Assembly (NCBI GenBank): GCA_963777955.1
Contig: CAVZSQ010000019.1
Coordinates: forward strand, 384,001-448,000
Length of the DNA stretch: 64,000 bases
From: Calditrichia bacterium
GTDB taxonomy: Bacteria > Calditrichota > Calditrichia > JAJRVZ01
Direction of reading: 5' to 3'
Shown: in pieces, positions 61,931 through 64,000 of the stretch
How positions within the stretch are numbered: position 1 is the stretch's first letter
Layout: every line of letters begins with the position of its first letter
Made by a program: the position numbers and the translations under genes
Notes under the pieces: generated by a model
Databases searched by the model: none
The model's input: the letters and a program-made list of their open reading frames with translations, nothing else
Told to the model about the DNA's origin: nothing

Positions 61931-62180
61931 AGATATCTTTCATCGAATCCATGCCTATAATATATTTTATTCAAATAACCTGCAATAGCGCCGGAGGCAA
62001 ATATGGAATAGGTTTCTTCAGGACTCTAGTCAGATTTCCGGTACCACAGCCGGCATCCAGTACACTTTCATCTTTATGGATATCCAAAAGCGTAAAAAGA
62101 ATATCCGCTGCGGAACTTTGAATAATGGAGGTTTCCTTATATCTCCGTGCAATTTCTGAAAAGTGTTCCGTGGACATCAT
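61927..62180 (-). pseudogene. Truncated SAM methyltransferase remnant
   Basis: VLDAGCGTGNLT is followed by an abrupt break. Another frame gives SIFASGAIAGYLNK... ending at the REP. Confidence 0.6.
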
Positions 62181-62203
62181 CCGACACTTAGCATTCTAAT
62201 ACA

Positions 62204-62641
62204 TTAACTGAGCAGGAGTATCAGTAACCACACTACTAAAGCAACAGCGTAAATTCCCAGAACAATCAAAGTTAACACACCGAAAAAAGTGAAATGAGAA
62301 TTCAAATTTTTTAAGGCATAGGCTAAATCATTGCTATCTGCATGAGCCAGACTGCTTTTTGTGTGCACCGAAAAACGATACAGATATAGATATGGAAAAA
62401 AATAAATAACTGCGATAATTATAAAAACAATAGCAAGAATAATTCCGGAAACAGGCCCCAGCGCTTCTTCACTGTCGAGCATCGACATGACAAAGGTCAT
62501 AGCGATGCCCATGATAATCATAATACCAAGACCAATGAATCCTAAAACCGAAAAGAACATAGTCCATTTTCTGATTTGACCGAGATGCGTTACTGCTTCC
62601 TGAGTGAGTCCAATTTTAAATTCCGGAACGAAATTTTCCAT
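62204..62641 (-). CDS. DUF5362-like membrane protein
   Basis: KWTMFFSVLGFI, IYFFP.LYLYRF, ALKNL.S.F.F.G, GGAGG RBS. Confidence 0.8.
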   Translation of the reverse strand: MENFVPEFKIGLTQEAVTHLGQIRKWTMFFSVLGFIGLGIMIIMGIAMTFVMSMLDSEEALGPVSGIILAIVFIIIAVIYFFPYLYLYRFSVHTKSSLAHADSNDLAYALKNLNSHFTFFGVLTLIVLGIYAVALVVWLLILLLS

Positions 62642-62737
62642 TTTTCCCTCCCAAACTTTTTTCACTGTGTTCTGATTAATTATAAAATAAGTCGAAAAGC
62701 AGACAAATCAAACACCATACTTGACCGTACGGCAAAT

Positions 62738-63478
62738 TTATAAAAGATAGGTCAAAATAGCATTCATTAATTTATTGCCGGTATTATAATTAGAAGTAGA
62801 AACCAGGCGAAGATCTTGCTCGGTTTGAACATAGGCTGCCGGGCAGAGTTCGTCACGACAGTTTTCTATGAGACTCAGGACACCTGCGGGGGTCGTTTCC
62901 AGGTGAAACTGCAGTCCGATTACATTTTGCCTTAACTGAAAAGCCTGATGTTCGCAAGCGGCACTGCGGGCCAGTGGAACAGCACCTTCAGGCAAATCAA
63001 ATGTCTCGCCATGCCAGTGGAAGGCTATAAACTCTGCAGGGAAATTAAAGACATGATTTGAGGTGATTAGTGACTGGACAGGAAACCAGCCGATTTCCTT
63101 GACGGGGTTGGTATAAATATGGGCACCAAGGGCACTGGCAATGAGTTGCGCACCCAGACAGATACCCAGAACCGGAATATTTTGCCTGATCGCCTCACGG
63201 ATAAAATGTTTTTCAGATATGAGCCAGGGATATTTTTCTTCGTCATTAACGCTCATTGGACCGCCCATGACAATCAGCGCATCAACCTGTTCAAGGGCAG
63301 GCAAACTATCGCCGGCAAAAAAACGTGTATAACTGGTGAGCATGCCCCGCCTTTTCAACCATGGAGCGATACTCCCCAGATCCTCGAAGGGAACATGCTG
63401 AAAAACGTGGACTCTAATTTTTTTTCTGATCGTGGTAGTACGCATTGCACAGATGCCAGATTTTTTCAGCAGAAGCAA
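62738..63478 (-). CDS. Type 1 glutamine amidotransferase (GMP-synthase-like)
   Basis: QHVPFE, MGGPMS, LGICLGAQ, WHGE, QFHLE. Start uncertain. Confidence 0.9.
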   Translation of the reverse strand: MLLLKKSGICAMRTTTIRKKIRVHVFQHVPFEDLGSIAPWLKRRGMLTSYTRFFAGDSLPALEQVDALIVMGGPMSVNDEEKYPWLISEKHFIREAIRQNIPVLGICLGAQLIASALGAHIYTNPVKEIGWFPVQSLITSNHVFNFPAEFIAFHWHGETFDLPEGAVPLARSAACEHQAFQLRQNVIGLQFHLETTPAGVLSLIENCRDELCPAAYVQTEQDLRLVSTSNYNTGNKLMNAILTYLL

Positions 63479-63567
63479 GTATTCCTATTATTTTCAATGT
63501 AACAGCGTGTTCACCTGGTTTATTTCCGGGTAATTTTATACGTAAACCCGGTTTTATTTTTTCATCA

Positions 63568-63594
63568 GTAGGGGCGAGGTTACCTCGCCCTTAC
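63568..63594. repeat. REP family B overlapping a stop codon
   Basis: GTAGGGGCGAGGTTACCTCGCCCTTAC. Confidence 0.8.
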
Positions 63595-64000
63595 ATGAAA
63601 ACGGAACGTAATGCCTCGATTATCTGGGCCTGGGATAAAACCCGCGCAAAACCCTTACGTAATACTTTCAGTTCCGGTTCCTGCATGGTTGGATCATCCG
63701 TTGAGGTCACATCACTGCCGAAAACCACTTTGAACCCGCGTTCATAAGCCTGCCGGGCGGTGGTGCCGCAGCAGAAATTAGTTAATGTTCCACAAATGAT
63801 CACTGTATCTTTATTAAGATTTTTCAGGATGGTCTCTAAGGGAGTATCATAAAATGCTCCATAGGACGGTTTTAGAATCACCAGATCATTGGGCAGCGGT
63901 GTTAATTCAGGCCATATTTTGGATTCCTTAAACCACGAGAAATGATCAATGCCAACTTCGGGATAACGGTTGGGCATGGCTTCGCCTGTTTTAGGACGGT
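63591..64000 (-). CDS. Isochorismatase/cysteine hydrolase family, 5' end outside window
   Basis: K.SYGAFYDT.L, GTLTNFCCGTTARQA. Confidence 0.88.
   Translation of the reverse strand, partial: RPKTGEAMPNRYPEVGIDHFSWFKESKIWPELTPLPNDLVILKPSYGAFYDTPLETILKNLNKDTVIICGTLTNFCCGTTARQAYERGFKVVFGSDVTSTDDPTMQEPELKVLRKGFARVLSQAQIIEALRSVFM

Noticed and set aside
6..63747. Numerous short antisense or overlapping ORFs in the six-frame track
   Set aside because: They are shadows of well-supported genes and show no recognisable motifs.
55130..64000. Integron cassette array (many short co-oriented accessory genes)
   Set aside because: No recurring attC-type RYYYAAC...GTTRRRY structures and no integrase seen.
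1..64000. Apparent abundance of CCGG and ATCGAT words
   Set aside because: Impression only. It was not counted and could reflect codon usage, so a Markov-corrected k-mer test is needed.

Overview
Bacterial chromosomal window. Gene order and content suggest an FCB-related lineage such as Calditrichota/KSB1/Ignavibacteria (inference, not tested). It holds housekeeping genes (tRNA-Leu, kdsA, rsmE, lipA, fabH, mnmA, panBC, rsfS, argS, gltX, glgX) and two exported peptidases (DPP IV-like S9 and tricorn S41). There is a signalling cluster (GAF-PP2C phosphatase, tandem ABM-fold protein, STAS protein, membrane Ser/Thr kinase-TPR, with an RsbW-like gene nearby) and a hybrid His kinase preceded by a His-less DHp-like microprotein. 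It also has a REP-associated tyrosine transposase (RAYT) with flanking REPs, a cobalamin riboswitch controlling a btuFDC-type operon, a PerR/Fur-DPSL-Prx-DPSL stress cluster, GH51/GH127 arabinofuranosidases and an accessory tail with a divergent aceK. Intergenic DNA is dense with at least six families of short palindromic or tandem repeats. These are often stacked together and sometimes translated into protein termini. About 11 frameshifts, mostly +1 and concentrated in the first 14 kb, split otherwise intact genes and look like sequencing errors. No CRISPR array, integron or prophage was seen. All family assignments come from motif recognition by eye, without database searches.
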